From the NCBI GenBank assembly GCA_013265495.1, contig MU061579.1, forward strand, positions 606,872 through 670,871: a DNA stretch of 64,000 bases. Reading direction: 5' to 3'. This DNA comes from Vicugna vicugna (lineage: Eukaryota). The notes beneath the pieces are model-generated. The model did not search any database. It had not been told where the DNA came from and worked only from the letters and a program-made list of their open reading frames with translations. Numbering within the stretch: the stretch's first letter is position 1; every line of letters begins with the position of its first letter. A program made the position numbers and the translations under genes. Below are positions 24,165 through 36,547 of this stretch, piece by piece.

Positions 24165-24440
24165 TTGAGACAGACACAAAGAAATGGAAAGAGATCTTGT
24201 GCTTGTAAATCAGAAGAATCAGTATTGTTAATCTACCTACTCAAAGCAATCTACAGATTTAATAAAATCCTTATCAAAATTCCAGTGACATTTTTCATAG
24301 AAATAGAACAAATAATCTTAAAATTTGTATGGAAACAAAAGATCCTGAATCACCAAAGCAATCTTGAGAACAAAGCTGGAGGCATCATTCTCCCTGACTT
24401 CAAACTATGTTTTAAAGCTATTGCAATCAAAACAGTATGA
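24165..24440 (+). pseudogene. L1 ORF2p post-RT remnant
   Basis: KAIYRFN-I-IKIP-TFF-E-EQ-ILKF-W and NKAGGI-LPDFKL-FKA match L1 ORF2p. Confidence 0.85.
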
Positions 24441-25436
24441 TACTTGGGGTAAAAAAAAAGACATATAGATTGATGGAACATAATAGAGAACTCAGAAATA
24501 AATCTTTTATATTTGGTCAATTAATCTATGACAAAAGAGTCAAGAATATACACTAGAGGAAAAAGCAATCTCTTTAATAAATGGTATGGGAAAACTGGAC
24601 AGCTACATGCAAAAGAATGAACCAGGACAACTATCTTACAGCATACACAAAAATTAACTCAAAATAAGTTAAAGACTTGAATATACAATGTGAAACCATA
24701 AAACTTTTAGGACAAAGATTGGCCTTGTGATAATTCTTTTTTTTTTTATTTGATGCCAAAAGCAACATTAACAAAAGCAAAAGTAAACAAGCGGAGACTT
24801 CAAACTAAAAAGCTTCTGCACAGCAAAGGAAAGCATAAAAAGAAAAAGGAAAAGGCAACGTACTGAATGGGAGAAAAAAACTTGCAAATCATATATCTGA
24901 TAGAAGTTAGTACTATTTAAAATATAGACAGAATTCACAAAACTCAATGGCAAAAAACAAACAATCTGATTAAAAAATGGGCAGAGATCTGAACAGACAT
25001 TTTTTCAAAGAATGGAATCCAACAGATGGACAATAGATACATAGAAAGATGCTCGAGATGATTAATCATAGGGAAATGAAAATCAAAATCACCGTGAGAT
25101 ATCACTTCACATCTATCAGAATAACTATTATCAGAGAGGGAAGCAGTAGTAATTGCTAGTGAGGATGTGGAGAAAGGATACTGTCATACATTGTTGGTGG
25201 GGAATGTAAATTGGTGCAACCACTATAGAAAACAGTACAGAGTTTCCTCAACAAATTAAAAACAGAGCTACAATATGATCCAGCAATTCCACTTCTGAGT
25301 ATTTCTCCAAAGAAAACAAAACCACTAACTTGAAAAGATGTATGTACCCTAATGTTCATTGCAGCAATAATTACAATAGTTAAGATATGGGGAAAAAAAC
25401 TGTCTGTCAATGGATGAATGGATAAAAATGATGTTT

Positions 25437-25439
25437 ACA

Positions 25440-25484
<45 letters not shown>
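25437..25484. repeat. (CA)n microsatellite inside L1 3'UTR
   Basis: Long CA run with one interruption. Confidence 0.95.
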
Positions 25485-25487
<3 letters not shown>

Positions 25488-26004
25488 GAATATTACTCAG
25501 TCATAAAAAAGGAAATATTGCCATTTGCAACAACATGGATATAACCTGAGGGCATTATGCCAGTCAAATAGGTCAGACAGACAAAGACAAATACCATATG
25601 ATCTCACTTATTTGTGGAGTCTAGAAAAAAAAGAAAATTGAAGCTCATAGATACAGGGAACACACTGGTGCTTACCAGAGGCTGGGACTGAGGGTTTGGC
25701 CAAAAAGTGAAGGGTGACAACAGGTACAAATTTCCAGCTATAAAATAAGTGAGTCATGGGGATATAATGTTCAATATGGTGACTCTTGTTAATAATACTC
25801 TATTGCATATTTGAAAATATGCTAAGAAAGTAGATTTTAAAATTTCTTATCACACACACAGAAAATGTTTATCTATATATGATGATGAATGGTAACTAGA
25901 CTTACTGTGCTGATCATTTTACAATATATACAAATATCAAGTCATTAGATCATATGCTTGAAACTAATAAGTCAATTATAACTTCATTTTAATGATGTAG
26001 AGAG

Positions 26005-26205
26005 TAGTGTTAGGAGAAAAAGGGATAAAAGCAATCTGCCTCGGTTTAAATCCCTGCCCTGATATTTACTACCAGTGTGATTCTGAGCAACTGGTTAACC
26101 TCTTAGTTTCTTGGTTGTGTCATCTGCAAAATGGTGTTCATAAGATTGCCTGTTTTTCTTGGTACTTATGAATGTGTTAATATATGTGCCACTTTATAGA
26201 AAGTG
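26005..26205 (+). mobile_element. MIR SINE
   Basis: ctgcctcggtttaaatccctgccctgatatttactaccagtgtgattctgagcaactggttaacctc...catctgcaaaatgg. Confidence 0.75.
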
Positions 26206-26997
26206 ATATATATACACATATGTATAAAATATATGAACATAGATACAGCAAATATTGTTCTGTCTTATTTCTTTTATTCCACTATTGAAATATGAGGTTC
26301 TCTCTTTTTTCAATTATGACTGCAATCAAAAAAGGGAACAGCTCTCCTCTTTTTAATGATAATGTTTTATTTTTTTTTCTGGAGACTGAATTACAAGATC
26401 CTTCTCATTCTGAATATCATAATCATGTCATATTTTGATGTGTATAGACATCATAGTTAACAATTGGCAAAACAGTACAATTTCCAATTCATCCTAGGGT
26501 ATTGGGTTTTTTATGACTATCTTTTTAAATCCAAATTGAATTATTTATATGTCAACTTATTGACACCTTTTGTTAGTATTTCTAGATTATTGTTTTTAAA
26601 ATAATCTTAACAACTAAATTTTATAGCACAGATGTCCTAACAGACATGGTTACTTATGTTTTTACCTATTTACACTTTTATTTATTACCGCTTTCTGAAA
26701 GAGTTAGAATATAAACATCCAAAGTCATTTCAAAACATTTGACTTGATATTTTATTTCTGTTATATGATAATCTTGCATCTCATAAAAATTTGCTGAGCT
26801 CCTAAAATGTTCCAGGTACTTAGTGAGTACTGGGGTTAAAATAATAATGTGACATGTAAAGTGGTATTGTATATCCAATAATATCTACTGAAGGGAGCAT
26901 TATATGTATCAGTAAAATATACATAGTTGCCATGGAAGTTCAGTTCAACATATATTTGTGCGCATAATATATCAACCAGATCAAATTCTTACGGTAC

Positions 26998-27594
26998 TGT
27001 GTCATTTACCAGCTTATTGGTCTCAGTCTTAGATTTATTCTGCGTTGCCTTTTCTGAACAAATTAGCATGGGTCCTTTTAAACATTTTTTCTTTCCCAGA
27101 TGGCACAGTGTTAAGCTTTGTCAGCAGTTTGTGCTGGAAACATTGTAAGATGAGGATGCTTTCCTTCCTTATTCCAGTGTGCTTCTCTTAGACCCTTTCA
27201 GTACAACCAGTGCCCAGTTCCTGCAGCAACATATGCCTTCTGTAGCTCCCAGATTCTGTGGTGCACAGAGGGGAACATCATCCCTGTGGACAGCTTCCCC
27301 TGGTACCTAAGAAGTCAGATTTCCAGCAAGTTCTACTGATGCAGCACCAGAGGGACTTCCATGCCAGTCAGTGAGCCATGTTTATTTCCTCTCTAGTGAG
27401 GTCTAGATCACAGCCCTTGGAGCAAGGAGATTCCTTATATTTGCTATTCCTCTGTTTTTTAGAGTTCTCCTTAACTCTTACTATCAAAACTTCATTACTC
27501 CAAACCCCTGTTATAATTAATATTCTTTACATTATACTTTCTATTTTCAAGTTACCATACATTTTCTCTCTCCTGAGAGAACCTGGCACATACA
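26998..27594 (+). mobile_element. old ERVL-class solo LTR (MER54/LTR53-like)
   Basis: tg...ca ends; agcttattggtctcag, ccagatggcacagtgttaagctttgtcag, and a 3' end ctctcctgagagaacctggcacataca typical of ERVL LTRs. Confidence 0.6.
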
Positions 27595-27756
27595 GAGATC
27601 AAATCTAAGCTAGAGGTCTTTGAGAAGTTTCACCATAAGAGATGTCTTCTTGAGACGAATTTTGATATTGGGTAGATGCTAGTTAAGAGGATAAGGGGAG
27701 ACAGATATGAGTTTCAGGCAGAGGTAATGAGTGGCTACAACAGGAAGATGTTTAAG

Positions 27757-27940
27757 TCACGGTTCTCATTCTCGAAGTGTGATCCCAAGACTAGGAGCAT
27801 CAGCATCACTTGGGAAAGCCATAGAAATATAAACACCCAAGACCTACTGAGTCAGAAACTCTGGGGATAGGCTCAGCAATTTTTGTTTCAACAAGTCTTG
27901 AGGTGATTGTTACACACACTGAAGTCTGAGAACAACTGCT
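27757..27940. mobile_element. MER5A-like hAT-Charlie MITE
   Basis: ttctcgaagtgtgatccc...agcatcagcatcacttgggaa...agacctactgagtcagaaactctgggg...aagtctgagaacaactg. Confidence 0.85.
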
Positions 27941-28242
27941 TGGACTGGAAATGATTTAGATGTGATATTGTTCCGTTCTAGCCCTACATTTTAATTGCAG
28001 TAAACGTGCTACACACTAGGTCAGAACGGAAAATAGTTTAAAAAGTGACATCTGTATCTACTTTATATATGTGTCTACTTTCCAAGTTCTTGAAATGTGA
28101 TACTATTACCACAATGAAAAAAGAAAAAAGTCAACACAAAAATAAAAACAAACAAAAAAAATGCGAGCATGTAAAAATGAAATATAATGAGTAAAGGAAA
28201 AAGAAGCAGCGTTTTTTACCAAAAATGTCAGCTTTTAAAATC

Positions 28243-28975
28243 CTGTTGTACTGTTGGTGGGAATGTAGTTTGGTGCAGCCATTATGGAAAACAGTATGGA
28301 GATTCCTCAAAAAACTAAAAATAGACTTATCATAGGATCCAGCAATCTTACTCCTGAGCATATATCTGGAGAGAACTCTAATTCAAAAAGATATATGCAC
28401 CCCAACGTTCATAGAAGTGCTGTTTACAATAGCCAAGACATGAAAACAACCTAAAATCCCATTGACAGATAACTGGATAAAGAAACTGTGGTGTATTTAC
28501 ACAATGGGATACTACTCAGCCATAAAAAGCAGAATAAAATAATACCATTTGTAGCAACATGAATGGACCTGGAGGTAGTCATTCTAAGTGAAGTAAGCCA
28601 GGAAGAGAGAAAAACACCATATGATATCACTTATATGTGGAATCTAAAAAAAAAAAAAAAATGAACTTATTTACAAAACAGAGACTCACAGATATAGAAA
28701 ACAAAGTATGGTTACCTGGGGGGAAAAAACGGTGGGAAGGGATAAATTGGGAATTTGAGATTTGCAGATACTAACTACTATATATAAAATAGATAAACAA
28801 TAAGGACCTACTGTACAGCACAGGGAACTATGTTCAGTATTTTATATTAACCTATAATAAAAAAGAATATGAAAATGAATATATGTATGTATATGCATGA
28901 CTGAAATGTGAACCTATACACCAGAACTTGACACAACATTGTAAACTGACTACAGTTCAACAAAAATTTTTTAAA
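28243..28975 (+). mobile_element. 5'-truncated young L1 (ORF2 end + 3'UTR)
   Basis: ctgttggtgggaatgtagtttggtgcagccattatggaaaacagtatggagattcctc...ttgtaaactgactacagttcaa plus tail; aaaatc on both sides. Confidence 0.9.
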
Positions 28976-29058
28976 AATCACATTGTATACCTTAAATATG
29001 TACAATTTTCACTTGTCATTTATACCTCAATAAAGTTAGAAAAAATAAAAACAAAACA
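28976..29058 (+). mobile_element. older L1 extreme 3' end (L1MA-like)
   Basis: cacattgtataccttaaatatgtacaatttt...tatacctcaataaag plus A-tail. Confidence 0.75.
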
Positions 29059-29388
29059 ATAAATTTGGGAGTTTGAGATTTGCAAACTTGCAGACATAGT
29101 AAACAATTCTGTAATTACCAGGGGAAAGGGGGTGTGAAGGGATAAATTTGGGAGTTTGAGATTGGCAAATGTTAGTCACTAAATATAAAAATAGATTAAA
29201 AAAAATCAAGTTTCTTCTGTATAGCACCCGGAACTATATTCACTATCTTGCAATAACTTTTAATGAAAAAAATATGAAAAAGAATATATGTATGTATATG
29301 CATGACTGGGACATTATGCTGTACACCAGAGACTGACATACTGTAATTGACTGTACTTCAATTAAAAAAATAAAATAAAATAAAAAAC
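29059..29388 (+). mobile_element. 5'-truncated young L1 3' end
   Basis: cagacatagtaaacaa...gggataaatttgggagtttgag...gactgtacttcaattaaaaaaataaaataaaa. Confidence 0.9.
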
Positions 29389-31833
29389 TAAGTGTTTAAT
29401 ACTATGTATTTTAATTCTTCTAATAATGCCATCTCCTGGCGCACAGAGGATTGAACTCTATATTAAAATCATTGTTGTCTTTCAGCTTACACTAAGCCAT
29501 ATACATCAATGTGACAATGTTCTCTGCATGGCCTAGTATTAGGAACTTCTCCACTAACAAGGTTTTGATCATTTCATTGATTTTTTTTTCAGTGGCCTAA
29601 AGTCATTCAATAGAACTCATATTATTGTGGAGTGGTAAACAGGATGTGTTTTAAGGTCATCTTATTCATGTGAATAAAATGTGAAATATATTTCCATTAG
29701 CTAGAATGCTAGGCACTCCTTCTCAAGGTTAATTGTTTCCTCTGATCTCCAGTTAAAACTTGTTATTCTTAAACCAAGAGAAGATAATAATTGGAGGCTT
29801 TGGTTCTTTTTAAGATATGGAACAAATAGCCTTCAAAATTAGCTCAAAAACAATTATGATACATTATATGATAGGTTCACTCCTGGATGTTCTGTTTTTA
29901 AAAGTCAAAAGGTATTTTAAAGGGAGAAATAGCCAAAAAAAAAAAAAGAAAGAATTATTTTATTTTGCTAAAGTAACTTAAGTTAATCTTAGAGCAATTT
30001 AAAAAGAATATGTACTTTCCCACTATTTCATAGGCGATAATGATCATTAAAACAAGGTACAGCCCAGATCAAAAGTTTTTATAAAGTGCTTTAAAACATA
30101 CGTGTTTGCAGGTTCATAGGGAAGCAGTGACAATGCTCAATTGTATGAGCACCAGAACGTAACACTCCAGTAATGATTAATGTAGTGTCTGAACCAAAAA
30201 TGATGGCTGCAAGTTATTATTTCAAACTATTGTAATTTTTTCCAAACGCAGAATCTCTGTGATTCATTCAAGTTTTGGAAATTTTTCTCTTTACAATAGT
30301 ACGGACTGCTGAAATTTATTATAAGAAGTTTTTTTCCTAACTCTCACTATTTCCACACTATTTGTCTTGTACATTCATAGGTATTTACAATCACATGCAT
30401 AATACAGTCCATTTTTTCTACCATTGGAGATAAAGCATTTTCAACCATTATAATACACACCTGGGGGACTCTATATATTAGAAGTTGGCAGATAAGAAGC
30501 TAAGTTTCAAAATATAATATCTTGCATGATGAAACTATGAAGTTATTAAAAGTTCTTAAAATCCCTAATTAGCAGCCTAAAACTTTGGTATGAATGCAAT
30601 AAAAAAGCACCCTGTCATTCTGGTGAGTATGATTTTGAATATATTACTAATCCAATTAGTTGAACCAAAGAAAACAAAGCTTGAGAAACAGATGACTACA
30701 GTTTTCCTTTTTAAAATACACAGACATGGGAAAACCCTGATGGGTAATGGAACACAGATAAAATCAATCTTGGGTCTACATTCACAAAAACAGAAACACT
30801 GAAGAGCAGACAATGGAAACAGACAATCAATCATCAGCTGCTTGCCCGTGTCATCTTTCTGCCTCTATCCCACTAAGCCAGAAAGGCTTTGAGTAAATAA
30901 CAGTGATGAAAACTGCTACTCTGAGAACATCATATTAAGAGACATAGAAGTGCAACGCTTAGGCCACTATTTTATAAATATTTGGTAAGATGATATCAAA
31001 TAAAAGCCATCTCTTGGGGCCCATTTAGCTAGGTGATAGAAACAAATAGAGAAGTAACTAGAAACTATTCTCAAAGTCACAGTATCATTGTTGCAAAATG
31101 ATACTGAGCAAACGGTATCCTACATCTTTGTGGTGTGAAACTATAAGAACTCAAACAAAAATATTGATGCTGAATCACAGTGCTCTTGTTACACAAAACA
31201 GAAAAATGGTTTTGGAAAATCATATAGCTTTTAAGCACTAGAAATATTAGGCCATACACAATGGAACAGAGGCAAATAGAGTGGAACACTGCCTTCTAAC
31301 AATGCCTTCAGTTACTCTCATCTGTCTTTTGTACATTTTGCTAAATCCATGTACCATCTTGCGGTCTTGGCTGTACATGATTACTAGCTTTTTTCCTCCT
31401 CAGTATATTTTATGGACCATCTTCTTGACTCATGTAAATATATCTAAAAAGGAAACTTTATGTTACCACCATAATAATAAAGCCAGTGTTGTTTAACAGA
31501 AGAAAACATTTAAAATGAGACAGCACCAGCAAGAGTGGACCAATATTTTCCTTCTAGCATCTTATGTCTAGCCAAACTTTCAGTCAATAATTCAGAGAGG
31601 AAAGCATTCCTGAATTTTGAGCAAGAGCTTAAAAATTATCTAACATGTACTCATTCATAGGAAACCAAGAAAAATGAAGAAATGGGATCTAGACATCAAA
31701 ATTTCTTACATTAGAAGGCAAGAAAGGAAGTTTCAAGGTGTTAAATTTGCAGTAAGTCCAGAAAGCAAATGGTTTAGGTTGAAGTAGGAGGACAGAGAAT
31801 GGTGATGTAGAACCCACCAGGAAAACAAAACAT

Positions 31834-31869
31834 TAGATAGATAGATGATAGATGATAGATAGATAGATT
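31834..31869. repeat. (TAGA)n microsatellite
   Basis: tagatagatagatgatagatgatagatagatagatt. Confidence 0.85.
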
Positions 31870-31980
31870 ATGTGGTATCTTTGAGAACTAGAAATTAAAT
31901 ATTGATAGTCAATTGATATATAAATTGGTTTACTGAAATTGATAAGGGATAGTTCCTTTGAACATAAGCCAAGTGATTTT

Positions 31981-32052
31981 TTTTTTTAATAGAGGTACTG
32001 GGGATTGTACCTAGGACCTCACACATGGTAAGCATGTGCTCTACTACTCTCC
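31981..32052 (-). mobile_element. short Vic-type SINE copy
   Basis: tttaatagaggtactggggattgtacctaggacctc...agcatgtgctctacta; flanks aagccaagtgatttt / aagcaagtaatttt. Confidence 0.85.
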
Positions 32053-33199
32053 AAGCAAGTAATTTTATCAAGTAATTTTAAAAAGGCAAATTTTAACCCC
32101 ATAAACATAAAAGAATATTCCATAGCACAAAAATAACCATCAAAGAGTTGTTGAACTTGCAGTGACCCAAATTATATAGTCATAACATGGTAATAATGAA
32201 TACATTTTAATTCACATTGTGATTTATCAGTATTGAGGGAAATGGCAAAGAAGGAAGTGATATCTAAACCACACTTTAATAGGAAATAGGTGATGATATA
32301 AGCAGATACATCTAAAATTAATGAATCAGGAAATGGAAGCATAAATATGTTATTTGAAAATAAATAATACAAGGAAAAGTCACAACTAAAAGAAATGAAT
32401 ATTGTTGCTCAGGGAGTGAGATTAGGTTGGGCTGGAAGATACTCGGTAGAAAAATACTTCAACATTTACATATTTTTCTTTGACAAAAATAGGATTCAAC
32501 TTGCAAACAAAAGGAAATTGCAGTAGCAAGGAAATGAGTGTTCTCAGTGTAATTCTTCCTGCCCAACCTGTGACAGGTACATGGCCTGCATGTCATGAAT
32601 CGTGGGTCTTTTGTGATCCTTCTGAGCAGATAGAAAATCATTAATCACCAAAAAGAGGTATCTTTTCTTTTTAAATAAAGGTTTCTAAGATAGCTATCTA
32701 TACAAATAAATCTAGTACAATCTTACGAGCTTGGAAAATAAATAAAATTCACTTTTGTTACAGTGGCTATTGTATTTCTGAAACTTTAAAATTGTTTTAT
32801 ATTTTACTGTATGAAATCATGTTAATGATATTACCATTATTGCACTGGCTCCTATAACACACGTTTTATCAGATACATATATTTGTATATTTTAAAAAAC
32901 ATATAGAATATATAAATATTAAGTATATAAATATATTGTTGCTAGTGGAGTCTGAGATTCTTGGGAGAAAGAACTTTACATTCTTCTCTGATTTTGGGGT
33001 GCCTGGAAGAGAGTAAGTATTCAATATATGCTTTTTAAAAATGATTATGATTAATTGAAGAATTTAAAACCTTATGTCTCACTATTGGTTGAAAGAGGTA
33101 AAAAGTTTTTTCACAAACTTCAGAGCTTAGGTTACAGAGCGCAGAGAGGGTGTCTCCTTCTACTTAGTGGAGAAGAAAACTGATACTTACTGAGGTATG

Positions 33200-33395
33200 A
33201 CAACAGAATGTGTGTTTCCTGGACATTCATTGCTTTATTGGCCATAGTCATAGTATCATGAAAGAGGTACGATTATTTTTCTTTATATGCATGAAGAAAC
33301 TGACATTTTTTTCTTAAGCTATACAGCTAAGAACTGAGAGTTGAAACCACGTCAGTCTGACTCCAAAGTTCAGGTGTCTTTTCTAGTCTACTCTA
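33200..33395 (-). mobile_element. MIR SINE
   Basis: ttatatgcatgaagaaactgac...tacagctaag...cagtctgactccaaag. Confidence 0.55.
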
Positions 33396-34874
33396 CAAAC
33401 TTATAAAGAGGGGAGACACTCAAATTAGGACTCAGAGGAGGAATCAGTAGTAAGACAATTGTCAATTCTATAGAAGTCTCTATTGTCTTTCTTTCACGTC
33501 TACAAAAGAGAGACTTGTAATGTGTTGGAAAGCCTGAAAGTATTTAAGTTCTTGCAAATTCATAGGAGCCAATGCAATAATGGTAATATTTGCATGATTT
33601 CATACAGTAAAATATAACACAATTTTAAACTTTTAGAAATACAATAGCCCCTTCTATTTAAATTTCTTATAATTGTGCGGGAAGGAGTTTGGCTAAGATA
33701 TGTGAAAACTTGAATAATCATTGCAATAATCTGGAGAATTAATTATGAAATTCTCTGCATTGAATCAACAATTTCCAATTACATTTCAGACCATTCGTTC
33801 TAGTGAGTGTCTTGTTTGCTTGCTGTGTTTCTCCTCATGGACTACTTTGAGAGAACGATTCTTTAAAAATGTGCTGTAGATTTATTCAGAAGCACTTCAT
33901 AATTTTAGCACAACTATTTATGTCAAAAGGCACACTGTGGAAAGATGAAAGTTTCTAGTCAGCACATAGGACTGGGGAGTATTTTTCCTGGTACAAGGCT
34001 TTGCTACTCTGTAACAATAAATGGCCTTTCTAGTTCTCAGTGGGGTCTGGCTCCAGAAATTAATGCCAGCAGTCAAACTGGAACTCTCACTGGACTGAGC
34101 AGTAGAAAAAATTCTGAAGGATCATAGCAACAAGGAAAAAGCATTCAAAGTCTAAAACCAAGAACTAATCTGAGCTATTAGAAAAGCTTTGCAAACTATT
34201 TATCCTAGTGTTTACTTTTAAATAAAGAATTAAATGTGTAATATATTGGGCAAGTGGAAGATAAGTGTTTTAGCATCATATAGTGGAAGAACAGTAAGCT
34301 GGGGTCTCTGATTAACTAGCAAAGCATTTACACAATAAGTAATGAGGCATTATAAAAATAATGATTTACGCCAATGAAATAATAAAACTTCTTGTTCATT
34401 GAGACTTGTATACTAGAAAACCTGTGAAAAGCAGTAAAATTCATTCTAATTGAAAGTCCACATCTTGGTCACAAGAACAGGAAATGTCTTGATCTATTTT
34501 GTAAAATACATACTCAGGTCCGTAATAGTTACATGAATTCCTTAGAGCAGAAGTGCTTCAGAGTATTTTAGTTTTGTGCTCTGATTATAAGAAGTTAATA
34601 CAATCTCTACACGTTACAGGACATCATTCACAAGATTTGACTCAGCATTTCATGACTACATATGTTAATAGTTTAGAAGCCAAAAATATAGTTACTCTCA
34701 AAAGTATAATTCTGAAGATTTAGCCACCAGTGTGCTTCACGTATGAGAAAAAGTACCCAGAGGAATATGTAAGGTTGCAACAACCACCGTATGATAAACT
34801 AGGAAACAAAAAACACATATAAAGACAGAAAAGTTTGTAAGAAATGATGCAGATGTAAATGAGCAAGGGTATTC

Positions 34875-34990
34875 ATAGATTCAGGGAATGGTAGAGTTTG
34901 GGGAGACTTCAGAGACCAGACAGCAAACACCTCATTTTTCAGCTGGGGGAAAATAAAGCTCAGAGGTGTTGCAACACTCAAACCATACAG
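34875..34990 (-). mobile_element. MIR3-like fragment
   Basis: tcatagattcaggg...gagacttcagagacca...cctcatttttcagctgggggaaaataaagctcagagg. Confidence 0.55.
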
Positions 34991-36129
34991 TCCTAAGGCA
35001 AGTCAATGTTGCAAAGTTACTAGACTCATTATTAAAATTACCCAGTCTTGTTTACATGACCAGGGATATGCTCTATTTCTCACTTTCTTAGAATATACCT
35101 CTAAAGGGAAAGATCAGATCAGTAAATGTTTCCCATTTACTACCTAATTCACTTATTTTATTTGTCCTGAAATCAACAGAGGTTTAATGTAGTGATGACC
35201 AAGAGCCCAATTAACTTCTTTGCAAGTTCTTTATTGCTGCTAAGTGTATTTAAAATCCAGAATGTATAACCATTAAATAACCTTTGATGTAACTTTTTAT
35301 ACACTGTGAATTTTATAACAGTAAATGTGTTCTAAGTTCTTGACTACAAAATAGCTTCCTTTTCTGATGGCTTTGTTGCCTGGTATTCCACTAGTGAAGG
35401 TCATTTTCTGTCTCTCTGTCTACTAACAACAAATATTTATCAAAGACAGCGTATGCTCTAAGCACTGTGATAGCTGTGGGGACAATAACTGAAAATCAAG
35501 ACATAAAGGAAAAATCAGTAGCTGCTTCTGCAGTTTTGGAAAAGTGACTTAAGCTCTTGAATCCCTTATATCTGTAAAATCAGTGGTTATTAGGCACACA
35601 GGAGATTAGAAATGTAATCACTAGTGGGGTGGTTTCCCATCACAGGTTGTCAAGAACAGAGTAGACTTAGAGGTTCCTGTGACATGACTGGGGATGGGAG
35701 ACATTCATTTTACAGGAAACCACCTCATGAAGAGTTATTTTATGACTAATATTGTGGGAAATACTCAGCTGTTAATGGTATACATTATATTCCATACCTC
35801 AGTTAAACAGAATTATTTATTTCAAGGCTGCTAATTGAAATCAAGATATAGTGGAAATAGGATATTTGGGGGTGTAAAAGAGGAGAGATGATGAATTCAG
35901 AGAGAAAAATATAAGGAAAGTGTGTATTTATCAGGAAAAAAGAGAGAAAGACTACTAAGAAAGGAAAGTAGGTACAGAAATAAAAGGGAGAAAGTGTTAA
36001 ACATAAACTCTGTCTAGGTGACAATACTCTTCCCTCCCACTTTGCAAGGATAAACCGAGTTTTCCTATATCTCAGTTATACGTCAAGTTGGAAGAACTTA
36101 CTTTTAATTTTACATCGGGGTCATGATTT

Positions 36130-36547
36130 TGTGCATACCGCCTACTGAGGATGCCGCACCGCCAGATACTGCCTTCAGTTCTAGAGGGCTTATTCCTTCC
36201 GCTCCTGGGAAGGTTGCTGGGTGATAATTCTTAGCCGTGAGTTCACTTTGGGAATTGTCTTCAACGAAGATGACCAACTTCCCGAGGACAAACTCTGGTC
36301 CCTGGGAAGATCACATCCAATGACAGGTAAATGCTGGAATATAAAGACATGGCCTCCTTACCTCAACTTCGGAAACCTCTAAAGGATTATCTCAGTTTCA
36401 GTGTGTCCCATGGGATCAACTTACCGTGACTGCTTTGTAAGCTGACTTCTCTCCGTGATGCACTGAACCTGAGGGCACGTGCTAACAAAACTCCATCATC
36501 TAATCTCCTTTGCTAAGTCTGCTTCCCAGGAAACCTGATCTACGACA
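36130..36547 (+). mobile_element. LTR16-like (ERVL) solo LTR
   Basis: cacatccaatgacaggtaaatgctggaatataaagacatggcctccttacctcaact and 3' end gtctgcttcccaggaaacctgatctacgaca. Confidence 0.7.

Larger units (their letters stand above)
22765..25992 (+). mobile_element. 5'-truncated decayed LINE-1 (ORF2 3' portion + 3'UTR; L1MA-lineage-like)
   Basis: Continuous L1 ORF2-like sequence with stops and frameshifts, then L1 3'UTR ending gatcattttacaatatatacaaatatcaag...gtcaattataacttca. Confidence 0.95.

Noticed and set aside
25156..25410. Antisense ORFs with GIAGSY-SS-FN-LR-L-TVF motifs (also 28131-28361)
   Set aside because: These are the familiar antisense translation of the L1 ORF2 3' end, not genes.
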